Shown here piece by piece: positions 40,221 through 54,834 of a stretch of 64,000 bases of DNA. The notes beneath the pieces are model-generated. The model ran no database searches. It saw nothing but the letters and a program-made list of their open reading frames with translations, and was not told where the DNA came from. Where the stretch lies: the NCBI RefSeq assembly GCF_009914755.1, contig NC_060937.1; one strand, 5' to 3'. Source of the DNA: the human T2T-CHM13v2.0 reference genome, Homo sapiens. The position numbers were made by a program, and so were the translations under genes. Numbering within the stretch: the first letter of the stretch is position 1; the number at the start of each line of letters is the position of its first letter.

Positions 40221-40869
40221 AGTGGAATTTATTCCCCCATTTACAGTACAGTTACTGATTGCCAGTCTTAAAAGGAAGGTTTATAGGCTGGAGAACATAA
40301 AAAAAGGAAAAAAGAGCAACAAAACAAAACATCATCATCAACAACACACACAAAGAGAGAAAAAGCAAACAACAAAATCAGTCCATGACCTATGCACAAT
40401 TTGCCTTATGAAATGAAATAGCACACCCAGTTATAAAGTTGATAAGAAGATGTTCTAGCCATCTGCCTTTCCCCCTAGTTTGTCTGAACCAAGTGGAAGA
40501 CAAACAATGTCAATATCACTTACTCATCGCTAACACTGACTTTCTTGAGGCAAGCTTTTGGGTGTGTTAGTTCTCCCAGCCCTTACTCCCACTACCAGTC
40601 CTTGGATGTTTTTCACACTTCACTCATTCCCAAAATAAAACCATATCTACGTTCTGGAAATACAGTGATGATCAAAGAAGGCATCATGATTTCTATCTTT
40701 ATAAAGCATAGTGGGTGAGACATAATAAGCAAGTGAATGAGCTAAGAAATATGTAATTACTAACGGCAAGACATACACTGAAGTAAAAACATTTGGTGTG
40801 AGAAAATGGGAGTGACTATTTTTTATCTCAATAAGGAGTTGGTGAATAACACTTGTGAAGTACTTCCAG

Positions 40870-42135
<1,266 letters not shown>

Positions 42136-43309
42136 AGAAATTTTTGAGAATTATTGACAACTTTCTTTATTGTGAGAAAGTAATATTCAATTCAGTCTGT
42201 ATCCCCTTCAAATTTTTCTATATTTCAGAGAGGACCCAAAGTTTAACTCCATCTGGATGAGAACCTAGCAAATGTCATGCATGAGGTGTTTAATATATCA
42301 GATCCAGTGATGGTGAGGTCAGAAGTGGTCCAGTTGAACTTGAGAGTGATCAGACCATGATTTGCATCACAGGGCCTTGTCCACAGAAAAGCTGGGACAG
42401 GCTTGCTTGAAATCCACTGGATACCAACAAGCCTTCTAGAAAAGTAAGACAAGTAGTTTTAAAATAATGGGGCAAAAAGTATGTTAGATTAGAATACCCT
42501 ATCCGCCACTCTGATCTTTGTCCTGAACAGGATAACTTAGTATTACAATGAGTAAGTCTACAATTAAAATAAGAATACAGTTGCAATTAATCAAGAATGC
42601 TATTGCAATTGTAGACTTAAGTATACAATTAAAATAAGAATAATTAAACAAATTTTTATTTTCTCTTTACACTCTTCAAGATAGGAAAACCAAGCCTGAG
42701 GAGAATGCTTTCAGTGACAACATTGGCTGTAGAATTTGTGGTGGTGGCAGCAACATTGGCTAATGAATGAGGGTCATTGTTCCATTTCAGTCAGTTCTCT
42801 TAACACTCTGCTCTACTGCCTCATAGTTGTTTTTACTCTTTGCCAGAAATAGGAATTTAGATCAAATCTTTCCCTGATAAGGAGATAGAAATGTAAATAG
42901 AATCTTTCCTTGCAGCTGAGACAGAAAAACTGTGGTATTCTGTATTTTGCTGTTTTAATAATAATATTTAAAATAATGCTCAGATTCAGTGGTTTAATCT
43001 GTGATTAAACATCCCATAGCTTTCTAGAATTCAGTGGTTAATTTGTGACTAAGCATTCCATAGATTTGAGGGCTTCAATGGATGGTTTTGTTGTTGTTTA
43101 TTAACCTAGCAACTAAAATATTGCCATTAGTAAGAAGATGGCCTGATTTTTTATTTTTCTTGTTTTTCCATAGCAGATAACTGAATGTGTGTTGTTCATA
43201 AGTATTAAATATCAATTTTTCAAAGTTCAGGAATGGTAACACACAACTTCTATAAATGTCAATCCTTCTTTCTTATCTTTTGGAAATTCATGGTCCTAAT
43301 GTTCTAGAA

Positions 43310-43555
43310 GCAGTGTTGCACACTTTGGAGATGGATTGCCTGGGTTTAAATCCTGATGCTACAAGTTGTTTGCTGCAGACCTTGTAGACCTTCAACAAAC
43401 CACGTATTCTCTCTGTCCCTCAGCCCTCATCTGTTTAATGAGGACTTAGTACCCTTAAATTTTAGAATTGTTATAAGGATTAAATGTGTGAATGTATAGA
43501 GAGCATCTAGAAGACTGACATACAGTAAAAATTTCACTATTATCATCGTTATTAT
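43310..43555 (+). mobile_element. MIR SINE
   Basis: ctttggagatggattgcctgggtttaaatcctg...tctctgtccctcagccctcatctgtttaatgagg...ttgttataaggattaaatg. Confidence 0.8.
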
Positions 43556-44249
43556 TGTTATTATCCAGTGAAATAAAGTCATTAAATAGTTGTTCTGCTG
43601 CTAAGCTAATTTTTAAATTTATACCATCTGAACTCAGGTGATTTTTCCTAAACATTATATAATCTCTGCTTTCCGGATGAATGTGTTTGAAATTCATGTG
43701 CTCTTTCTGCTCTCACTTATACCTGTGAAATTGGCAAAATTGTAAGAGTATCAGATGGATGTGAATATTCATTCACAAGAGCTTTGGCCTTGCCATGAAT
43801 TAAAGTAGCTTTTATATATTGATCTACTAACTTGGCTGTCCCTGATCAAACAATGTATTTTCCAGTGAAGCTACTTATTTATGTGTGGTCTAATTCTCCA
43901 GCTATCAAAGCTTCATGTAATGCACATAGCTTGTGCCTGCTGATAAGTACATGCTCGTGTGAGACCACATGCCTCTATAATCATAGTGTCGATGCTAGTA
44001 ATGATGCTTCAGTTAACAAGGAATAACTCAAAAAGTCAAGTGTCTGGAGTGGGAGTAGAAGTTTAAGAGGGAGAGAGAAAGATTCTACAAAAATCTCTTG
44101 GTTATAAGATTTCTGGTTATTTACTAAATAAGAGTTCATATGTGAGAAAAATTCTGCATTGAGCTATTACATAAGAAGTAAATTTGTTTATTTACTGTAA
44201 CTTGGGGGTTTGTCTACTATATCCACTGGCATTCTTCTAAGCTATGACC

Positions 44250-45070
44250 AGCAGTATTTAGAGCCATGGGGTTGAAGTTTGGAGTGAATAAAGATACAGA
44301 AGAACAGGCCAGGCGCGGTAGCTCACGCCTGTAATCCCAGCACTTGGGAGGCCGAGGCGGGCGGATCACGAAGTCAGGAAATCGAGACCATCCTGGCTAA
44401 CACGGTGAAACCCCGTCTCTACCAAAAATACAAAAAATTAGCCGGGCGCGGTGGCGGGCGCCTGTAGTCCCAGCTACTCAGGAGGCTGAGGCAGGAGAAT
44501 GGCGTGAACCCGGGAGGCAGAGCTGGCAGTGAGCCGAGATCGCGCCACTGCAGTCCAGCCTGGGCGAAAGAGTGAGGCACTGTCTCAAAAAAAAAAAAAA
44601 AAAAAAAAAAAGATACAGAAGAACAGAGGTCTGATGGCTGAGTCTCAAGCCTCCATTATTGAGAATATGGAAAAGGTAGAGGATAGAATAAAGGAGGCCA
44701 GAAATTTCTGCCAGTGTTTGGAAATCAGAGTCTGTAGTAATATGGAAGCCAAGTGAAGACAGTGTTTCAAGGGTGAGGAAATGGTCACCTGTATTAAACT
44801 CCGCTATGCAGCCAAGTAGGAAGAGGACAAGGAAGTGTCCATTAGGTTTGTCCATTAGGTTTGGCCACTGGGAACATGGACAAGAGAAGTGATGGGGATG
44901 AAAGCCCCATGGAGTGATCTAAAGAGAAGAAGAGAAGTAAGTAGGAAAAAGTGAGCAGACAAATGCGGTGATCGCTGGAAGGATAGGAGAGCAAGGGAAT
45001 CCTTTTTATATGCATGGTATAATTTTATTGTGTTAATATGCCAATGGGAATACAGAGAGAAAAACTGATG
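44250..45070 (-). mobile_element. L2 fragment hosting an AluY
   Basis: tatttagagccatgggg...ggaagccaagtgaagacagtgtttcaaggg...gtgtccattaggttt is typical reversed L2. Confidence 0.65.
44307..44608 (+). mobile_element. AluY (Yk/Yb3-like), 17-bp TSD
   Basis: ccactgcagtccagcctgggcgaaagag and gggcgcggtggcggg; TSD aaagatacagaagaaca at 44290-44306 and 44609-44625. Confidence 0.93.
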
Positions 45071-48000
45071 CTGGAGAAAGCTCCCAAAATACTCCTCGTG
45101 TAGCTGAGGCTACAGTGTGAAATCGTATGACTCTTTTTGATAGTAAGAGCATTTGATGACATGTATTAATATTCTTACCTCAGTTTAACTAAAGAAAAAT
45201 ATATCCATGTGTAGTACTATGTTTTTCTAATCATCTTCTCTAATTTAAAACAAAAGCATATCAAGTAAAAAAATTAAGTCTATCTGGCCTCTACAGACAT
45301 CCAATCCTATTTGTCAAAGATAGCTGCTGTTGACAATTTATTGTGTAGTCTTCCTTGTTTTTTTGCTATGCATGTGTGTAGACATGTATTTTATTTATAT
45401 ACATATGCACACATATACTTCCACAGAATTAAAAAAACATGGATTCCTTTATACATTGTGTTCTATAGCTTCCTTTTCACTTATTCTGTCTATATCTTTT
45501 CTAATTTGTACATATAGGTTTGATATTTTTATTGGCTAATAGTACATATTATGCACATTCTGTGTTTATTTAATCATTCACCTGACAGATTATTGATATA
45601 TTTGAGCCAGTCTATTCTATCAATTTAAGTATACTTTTCCATGTTTTTCATGACAACACTATTTTTCTCAAATCAGAAACCAGGTAATTATAAGCTGCAG
45701 ACAGGAGTAGGTTTTTTAGCAGTTCTGAATTTTGAAGGTTTTTTTTTCTTCTTCTGCCATTAGAAATAATTGAATGGTATGATAGTGTGGTAAATCCTCT
45801 AGTTCATTATTTTCTATGTAATAACATACTTCACTTTCTTTACCATCTTTACCCAAGGTATCTCTTTCATAGTCTACTTTCCTACTGTTATATCATCGTG
45901 AACCTCAGGTTGAATTTTCTGACACAGGTAAGTGAACTATAGTAAACAGCAACCTTCTCGCTGGAAGAAGTTAGAGTTATGGGAGACAAAACAAGGTGGT
46001 GCACTCAGGGAGAGGGAAAATGAAGATGAGGAATCAGCAAAGGTGCAGCAGAGGATTAGCAGCTGCTGTGCTGTCCTTACACAGGGTACTTTTTTCCTAG
46101 TTACCTCCAAGGAGAGAGGTACCAGAAATGTGAGGATAAGTGTTTTCAGGTGCCAATATTATGTTACTTTGCCTGATTAGTACCAAAGCAGGGAGGTGGA
46201 ACTGTTCTGGTCAGATCACAGAGAGGAGGAGTGTTTTAGTCCTAGTGTTGATACATGTTGGCCAGGGAGTACAGTGCACAAATTGAATAAACATTTTAAA
46301 GGGTTTACATAATATTATTAATAATAAAAGTTTGTGTTGGTGAAAGTTCAAAAAGATACACCTCACCTCAGACTAGATTAAGATCTTAAAGCGACTTGGA
46401 CTTAGTCATTTATATCTCAGAATGCACAGAAGTGATTTAGTTGTTTGCCTTATTCACTATTTTATTAATTTCCATGATCCTGAGGCATGCACCTGTGAAT
46501 AAGAGGACCTTCTGCCGAGGAGATAGGGCTGTTTTCCCCACAGCTCTCACTGATGTTGCTAACATGGCCCTCTCCATTTGGGCCATGTCCTCTTATGAAT
46601 CACAAGGATGAAGAAGAGGACTGAGAGGGCTTTCTCTGCCTCTCACCAGGTTTCAGAGGAAACTCTTCCATCAGTTAATCAACACTGTTGACAGTTGAGA
46701 ACCTGTCATGTGCAAGAGGCTGTTTCAATCAGGCAAACTGAAACACTACAAGATATACTCTGTTCCTAACCTAAGCGGTTTGTAGGACCTTGAGCTACAA
46801 ACATAAAGGAATAGAGAGTGCAGGCTGCAAGCAGTAATGAGAAAGTCTAAATGAGTTTAGAGATATGTGCTTCAGGGTTCTAAGAGTGGCAAGATTCCTG
46901 TCAGCTGAGCAAAGTATGCATAGTTTTCAGAGGAGGTGAAATTGGTATTGGACTTGAATCTTCCTTAGGTGGAGACTGTGTTTCTGGAACAGCTTTTATT
47001 TAAGCCTCTTTCCATTTTGGCATCTGTACACTTTGAAACTTGCAAAGAAATGCATGCACATTAAAAATTAAATAATACAAAAGTTTATATAGTAAAAAGG
47101 GAAAATTGCTTTTACCCTACACTTTGCTAAAGAAACCACTATGAACAGGTGAGGTGCAGCCTTCCAAAAATTTGTTATGTACAAGAGATGAAGTCCCTCC
47201 TCCTGGTGCACTCACACATGCATGCACACACACACACACACATACGACTTCTAGTAACAATATGTCTGAGGTTAAGAGAGGGCCCTTTACACCCCTCCAT
47301 CCTCTACTCTAATTCTGTCTGATAACTTAAGAAGACAAATTAGGAGCACAGCTTTTCTCTAGAAGCCTTGCTCCTTCTCAAAAACAGGTCTCTCAGGGCT
47401 TTCAACTTTCTACCTAAACCACATTTACCCAACCAGGCTCGACCACTTTTTTGCTCAGGAGAGATTCTGCTCTGAAGGCTTAAGGGGATTAGGCATAAAA
47501 CTAGAGCGAGTGTGCTTTCTGAGCCAGGCACATCACATCGAGAGAACAAAGGGCTTTTCAGGCCCAATTAACAACTGATCCCACTAGCAGGCAATGAGAT
47601 CCAGTGACTAGAAGTCTCCTCCCTCTCTCACCAAACACCTTTCCTGGAGAAGTGTGACAGGAACAGAGGAGAGAGAACGGAGTAAGTGTTCACTCCCATA
47701 TTGCTCCCTTGAGAGCATAGAGAGGTTCCCCATCCTCCAGACAGGATGTAGGATGAGGATATAGAATGAGTGAGAACCCTCATCACCCTGCTGGGGAGGA
47801 GTGGTCAATGCAGCTGGCCTGTGAACCACTCACTGCCTTCTCTGCTGAGGGTGAGGTCTTGTGGGGAAGAGAAAGAAAGCAGGTGGTGTGGCCTAACCTA
47901 TCTGTCCACTCAATCTCTAGATAAACAAACTGATGATATTTGTTAGGAGGAAGAGACCTTCTCTCACCTGAATGCCGTCAACAGGATGTCCCTGGCTGAA

Positions 48001-48406
48001 GGATTTCTCATAGTTAATAAAACCAGAATGTTTAGGTTTATGAGACATAGCTCTCTGGAGAATATCATGTATGCTACATAACTTTCTAGGGAATAAAATG
48101 GAGATGTCTCATAAATTAAATGCTCTCAATAGAGTGGGAGGTAATAACCTGCAGATGCCTACTTAGAGGACTCATCTATTATTCTGGTCCAGAGATCATG
48201 CATCAGATGTGGTGAGGAAGGACTAGGGGAGTCATGTGGCATGTCTCAGCCCTTAATATACTTTGTTCATCTGTGTATTTTTTAAATTACTAGTAAAGTT
48301 TGACTCTGGGAATTATCTCTGATTTCTGTGAGTCTGATTTGACCATCTGATCTTGTGTGTTATGCCTCTTGCACATGTACTTCTGTGACTTTCATCTTTC
48401 GTGGAA

Positions 48407-48568
48407 CAGTGGATAGTCTTCCAACTTGAATATGTGGAAGCATATTATAGATCTTGATGGAAATTTCTTAGATGTGCAGATCTCAGACCTACAGAATCAT
48501 AATCTGAATTTTAACAAGAGTCCCAGGTGATTTGTATGAATAATATAATAAAGTGTGAGAAGCACTGG
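48407..48568. mobile_element. MER5A/B (hAT-Charlie) DNA transposon relic
   Basis: cagtgg...cagacctacagaatcataatctgaattttaacaagagtcccaggtgattt...aaagtgtgagaagcactg. Confidence 0.7.
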
Positions 48569-48619
48569 CATAGTGACTCTCAACCTCCTGCTATATTCCC
48601 ATTTTTCAGTGGCAGAACC

Positions 48620-49824
48620 TCTTGACAGCGTTACCCTCACTACCTGCATGTAACTCCTTTCTTATCTTCTGTGTCCTTTCCAGCACAATACAGTCTGGCT
48701 TTTGTTGCTTCTTGTCAAAGTAATCTAGCTCATTTCTTTAGCAGAATTTGATCCAACTGATTGCCCTTCCTTTTTGAATCATATTCTTCTCTTATTTTCT
48801 GTTACATTTCATTTGATTGCTTTTTCTCTACACTCCTGTCTCTCCTTTCTCTCACCTTTTTATCTGTGAGGTGTGTAAATGTTGCAGTGCCTCTGGGATT
48901 AGGCTTGGATATTCTCTATTTCTCCCTCTGTCTTTCTGAATAACTTTATTTTGTGATACACCTTTATAAAACACTTAAATATTGATTTTTCCAAATATAC
49001 ATCTCTAGCCCACACCTCTCCTCTGAACTGTAGATATTTTTTTCAATTGTCAAACTTGACATATCCACTTGGATTTCTGATTGGCATTTCAATCTAGTGA
49101 GCTTACAATGAATCTCTAAGTTTCACCTCTCATCACCCCCCATCTAACATTCTTTCAGCCCAATATTCATTATCACAGTTGGTGGCAACAGTATCATCCA
49201 CACAGTTGCTCATTCTACCATTGAAAGCCTTCTTTCCCTGACACTCCCATATTCATTTCAATCACATGTCTAGTCAGTTACACTTTCAAAATACATCTCA
49301 AATCTGTTTACTTTTCTCCATTAACTCAGCCAACATCCAAATAAGGCCACTGCAGCTCTCACCTGAACAATCACAGAAGCTTCCTAAGCAGCTTCTCTGA
49401 TTCAAGAACAATAGTTTATTACTATTAACCAGTAGCCATGACAATATTCTAAAAATGTAAATTGGATATACCACCCTCCTAATTATTCATCAGACCAGAG
49501 GTTTCTCTTTGAACAAATCCAAACTCATTTCATGCCTTTCAATATTCTCTATGACTTGGCTCCCACCTACCTCTCAGAACCCATGTTTACTAATTTGCCT
49601 GGATTAATAACCTCCAGCTTCCCAGAACCCTTCCTGTTCTTAAGGAACACCAAATTGTCTCCTACCCCAAGGCCTTTGAGTTTCTCTTTCCTTCCTGCAT
49701 ATAAAGATTCCTGCATCCTATATCTACCACACAAACAATCACAAACACAGACACACACATATACAGATACATAGAGACATATACATACACTGACACACAA
49801 ATACTGAAATGTACACAGACTTTG

Positions 49825-49873
<49 letters not shown>

Positions 49874-49940
49874 ATCCCTAGTCTTTGTAGAATCAGCTTC
49901 TTATTTAGGTCTTATTTCCAGTGTCAAATCCTCAGAGTTG
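48620..49940 (+). mobile_element. L2 LINE fragment interrupted by a (CA)n-rich tract
   Basis: ccaaatatacatctctagcccacacctctcctctgaactgtaga; acttgacatatccacttggat; aaatccaaactc...tatgacttggctcccacctacctctc. Confidence 0.75.
49730..49871. repeat. (CA)n-rich compound microsatellite
   Basis: Directly visible; pure (CA)n at ~49828-49871. Confidence 0.95.
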
Positions 49941-50036
49941 ACACTGGAAATAATAATCCTAGTTCTAACAATTTTTTAGTTGATTTGCTTAGATTGTCTA
50001 AAGAGAAAATGATTTAGCAACAATAAGGGAAATGTA

Positions 50037-52075
50037 AAGTCAGGTAATGTGATACCTCCAGCTTTGTTCTTTTTGCTTAGGAATGCTTTGGTTACTTGGG
50101 CTCTTTTCTGGTTTCATATGAATTTTAGCATTTTTTTTCTAATTCTTTGAAAAATGAAATTAGTATCAAAGAGCATATACTCTTTGATAGAGATTGCACT
50201 GAGTCTGCGGATTGCTTTGGGCAGTATGGTCATTTTAATAATATTCTTCCAATCCATAAATATGAGATATTTTTCCATTTGTTTGTGTCATCTACAGGTT
50301 CTTTCATCAATGTTTTGTACTTTTCCTTATACAGAGTTTTCACTTCCTTGGTTAAATATATTTCTAGGTATTTTATTTTTTGTAGCTATTGTAAATGGAA
50401 TTGCACTATTGATTTGGTTCTCTGCTTAACTGCTACTGGTGTATAGAAATGCTACTAATTTTTGTATGTTGATTTTGTATCCTGAAACTTTACTGAATTC
50501 ATTTATGAAATGTGAGAGTTTTTTGTTGGAGTCTTTAGTGTTTTCTGGATATAAGAGCTTAAATAGAATAGAGTTAATCTGACTTCCTGTCTTCTAATAG
50601 GGATGTTTTTTATTTCTCTTACCTGATTGCTCAGCCTAAGACTTCTGGTACTATGCTGACTAAATAGGAAGGGTAAAAGTGGACATTACTTGTCTTGTTT
50701 GAACAGCATGATACTGGTGTAAAAATAGACATATAGATTAATGGAACAGAATGGAGAACCCAGAAATAAAGCCACATGTCTACAGCCAACTGATTTTTGA
50801 CAAAGTAAACAAAAAACACTCTGGGGAAAAGACACCCTATTCAATAATAAATGATGCTGGGAAATAGGATTTCCATGTGCAGAAGAACAAAACTGAACCC
50901 CTGTATCTCACTATATACAATAATCAACTCAAGATAAATTAAAGCCTTAAATGTGAGACCTGAAACTATAAAAATATTAGAATAAAACTTAAGGAAAACT
51001 CTTCTGGACATTGGTCTAAATGAAGAATTCATGACTAAGACCTCAAAACCACAAGAAACAAAACCAAAAATAGACAAATGGGACTTAATTAAACTAAAAA
51101 GTTTCTGCACAGCAAAAGAAATAATCAACTGAATGAACAGTCAGTCTACAGAATGGGCAAAAATACTGGCCAACTGTACAATCAACAGGGGACTAATTTC
51201 CAGAATTCACATGAATCTCAAACAACTCAACAACAACAACAACAACAACAACAACAGTAGCAGCAGCAAATCAAATAACCCTATTAAAAAGTGGGCAGAG
51301 GACATGAATAGACATTTTTCAAAAGAAGACATACAAATGGCCAATAAGCACATAAAATGTTCACCACTTATCACCAGAAAAATGCAAATTAAAACCACAA
51401 TAAGATATCATCTTATACCAATCAGAATGGCAATTATTGGAAAGTCAAAAGATTCTGGTAAAGATGTGGAGAAAATGGAATGCTTGTATACTGCTGGTGA
51501 AAATGTAAATTAGTACAACCTATACAGAAAACAGTATGGCGATTTCTCAAATAACTAAACATAGAGCTACCATTTAATTCAGCACTCCCACTACTGAGTA
51601 TCTACCCAAAGGAAAATATATCAGAAAGATGCCTACACTTGTATGTTTATTACAACACAATTCACAATAGCAAAGCTGAGGTATCCATCAGCAGATGGTG
51701 TATTCAAGAACACTTGGTGTATGTACACAATGGAATACCATTGAGCCATAAAGAAGAAATCCTGTCTTTTGCAATAACATAGATGGAACTAGAGGCCATT
51801 ATTTTAAGTAAAACAACTCAAACAGAAAGTTAAATACAGCATGTTCTTATTTATAAGTGGAGCGGAATAGTATGTAGACATAGACACAGAATGAGGAAAG
51901 CTAGAAATTGGAAACTCAGAAGGGAGGGAGGGTGGCAGGGCAGTGGGTGATAAGAAAATACTTAATGGGTACAATGGATTTTGGTGATGGAAACACTAAA
52001 AGCCCAGACTTCACCACTACAGAATAAATCCATGTAACAAAATTACAATTGTATCTTTTAAATTTTTACAAAAAC
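50037..52075 (+). mobile_element. L1PB (about PB2-4), 5'-truncated with a twin-priming inversion: 50037-50700 minus, 50701-52075 plus
   Basis: Plus part runs from aacagcatgatactgg to an L1PB 3' end (cactaaaagcccagacttcaccactac). The minus part is the immediately upstream ORF2. TSD ataagggaaatgta (50023-50036) / ataaggaaaatgta (52076-52089). Confidence 0.9.
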
Positions 52076-52089
52076 ATAAGGAAAATGTA

Positions 52090-53290
52090 GTCTCTTTCTT
52101 TTAATATTCATATCACATTTCATTTCTATTCGTCTAAATTCTCCAGCAGAAATTTGCAGAAAAATATTGATTACTGGTAGAGATAATATACCTCTAATTT
52201 TAAAAAAAATCACTACTAATTTTGAAAAATATGATATTTTACTGTTTTTTTTGACAGACATACTCTCACAAGTCCAAAAGTCTTTTTTTAATGTTATCTT
52301 GTTAAGAGTTCTATTTGGAATAAAAATTGAATTTTATTAAATGTTTTCTGGACATTTGTGAAGGTTATTATAAGGTCTTTCCTCTTTATTGTATTTTCTA
52401 ATTTCAGAACATCATTATATTCTTAGAGTGCATTCTATTTAGTCAGGAATATGTTTTTAATTCATTTCTGGAATCTGGCAATACTCTCTTTAGGATTTTA
52501 ATGATCTATATTCATTCATAAGATTGGATTTCATTGCTATTACTACTACTATTGCTGCTGGTGCTACTACTAATATTATTTTTATTTTTTTGTTGCTGAG
52601 GTTCTGATAATTTTGTGGAATTGTGGGAGTATCTCATCAACTTTTACCATATATCAAAGCAGTGTAATTCCTATATTTCTTGAGATTTTCTAGAACCCAT
52701 GTGGGATGTGGGGTGATGGGTTTTAAATATCTTTAAAATTTCTTCTGTTGTTATCAGTCTTTTGAAATATTTCATTTCTTCTTGTATCAATATTGATAAC
52801 TGTTCCTGAGGATTATTTACTATATTGATGTTTCCACATTTATTGAAATAAAATTATATAGAGCATTTTTTTCAAAATATGTTATGCTCTTTTATATTTA
52901 TGACTATGTTCCCATTTTCATCCCTATTGTCACTTGTTTTTTCATTAATTTTTTTTTGTCAGAGTTGCTAGAATGGTGCCTTTTTATTGTTCTTTCTAAA
53001 AAAACTTGTTTTGGTTTTCTTTATTCAGTCACTTAGTTCTGTTTTTGTCTATTTTATTAATTGCTACGTTTATCTCATTAACTTCTTCATCAATTTGCTT
53101 CCTTTATATTTATTCTATTGTTCTTTTAACTTTTATGAGTTGAATTCTCTCTTCATTTAAAATGTTTTGTTATCTAAAAAACATAACATTATAACATTTA
53201 CATATGGCACTCTTTTTGGCTAAATTCTTTAAGTTTGGTTTTAAAATATTCTTATTCCTGTGTCTAAATGAACTATAATTAAATTTGTGA
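52090..53290 (-). mobile_element. Old L1M ORF2 relic hosting the L1PB; left part at ~49960-50022
   Basis: T-rich decayed L1 antisense (ttgaattttattaaatgttttctggacatt, gatctatattcat) that is continuous across the L1PB TSD. Confidence 0.6.
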
Positions 53291-53494
53291 TAAGGAGACA
53301 ATTTGGTATTGCTACAACATTACGTTTATTAAGTGAATTGCTTATTCTACAAGTTAGTATTTGCCAATCGACTGAAAGCCCCAATATATTGCCAACTTCT
53401 CTTGTATAAATTTCTTTACTATGGCCTGGGGAGAAGAAATATCAGCCAGCCACTGAGCGACGTTAGCTTGTGCAAGACATCTCCCATGAGTTAC

Positions 53495-53869
53495 TGATAT
53501 GGTTTGTTGTGTCCCCACCCAAAACTCATCTTGAATTGGAGTTCCCATAATCTTCACATGTTTTGGGAGGGACCCGGTAGGAAGTAATTGAATCATGGGG
53601 GTAGTTATCTTCATGCTGTTCTCATGATAGTGAGAGACTTCTCACAAGATCTGATGATTTTATGAGGGGCTTCTCCCCACTTCGCTCTGCACTTCTCCTT
53701 GCTGCCACCATGTGAAGAAGGATGTGTTGGCTTCCCCTTCCACCATAATTGTAAGGTTCCCGAGGCTTCCTCAGCCATGATGAACAGTGAGTCAATTAAA
53801 CTTCTTTCCTTTATAAATTATCCAGTCTCGGTTATGTCTTTGTTAGCAGTGTGAGAACAGACTAATACA
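53495..53869 (+). mobile_element. THE1C/D solo LTR
   Basis: tgatatggtttg...gactaataca termini; cacttctccttgctgccaccatgtgaagaagg; perfect TSD gttac at 53490-53494 and 53870-53874. Confidence 0.93.
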
Positions 53870-54834
53870 GTTACCTATGACTTGCTCACCTCTCATTTCT
53901 GCTGTCAGATTTTGCTGACTCTGATTCCTCGCCCTCCTCCATTGTCTATTGGAGAAATTGGTACTCATTTAATCACCCATATTGGGTTGTGGAATTATTA
54001 AATCTACTTTATTTCACCATCTGCTTTAGGTGTTTTAGAAATGTGGTCATGTTTGTTATGCTCACTTCTCCATTCCCAGTTTATCAAAATTGTAATTTTT
54101 TTCGTCTTCTGTTTACTCTTTCTCCCAGTCCTCTTTGTCTCTTTCAGCCAAACAGTACCTCTTCTTCTGTGTTTTTTCCTGGATGTGTTTTATCTTCAAA
54201 TATAGAAAAATTTAAAAAGTAAAAATTATCTGTAAGAAATACTACTATCCATTCCATTTCTGCAAGCCAATGTTTTTTAAATAATCACCACTAATATATT
54301 GGTGTGTATCTTTTTCAAGTTTTCCCCATTTATGTTGTTTTATACACATACACACACACGCACATAAACAGTTGTTTTCTTTTTTTCAAAAAATTATGCC
54401 AGCTATTCTACACACATTAACCTCATACTTCGCTCTTTTCACTTAGTAAATCACCAAAACCATGATTTTACTTTTAATTTTCTCTTTCTTTTGTCACTTG
54501 TAATTTAGGCTATGAGCATAAGTGCAACCACAAGATCACTAATTGCCTTGAACCAGAAACTGTCTTCTTCTCTTCCCCCTAAGTTGTTTGTGTTTACTTA
54601 TTGCCATTAATATATCTTCCAAGATATTCCAGAAGTTGCAAAGTACACCCACGTAAATCTACAACCACAAAAAAATTATACGTCTGAAAGTTACAGTATT
54701 ACTTGTATGTGACTGGGATTAGAGAGCCAAAGGCTTAGGACATTTTATCATCCCTCAGCTCCAAAGATGGAAGATTGCATTCCACCTGCCTCAGACTTCT
54801 CAAAAGTGAGAATTCAGGAACTGACACACATCCT

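Noticed and set aside
44836-44861. 13-bp tandem duplication tgtccattaggtt; similar short repeats at ~6497-6538 and ~1740-1804
   Set aside because: Ordinary slippage-type micro-duplications with no further structure.
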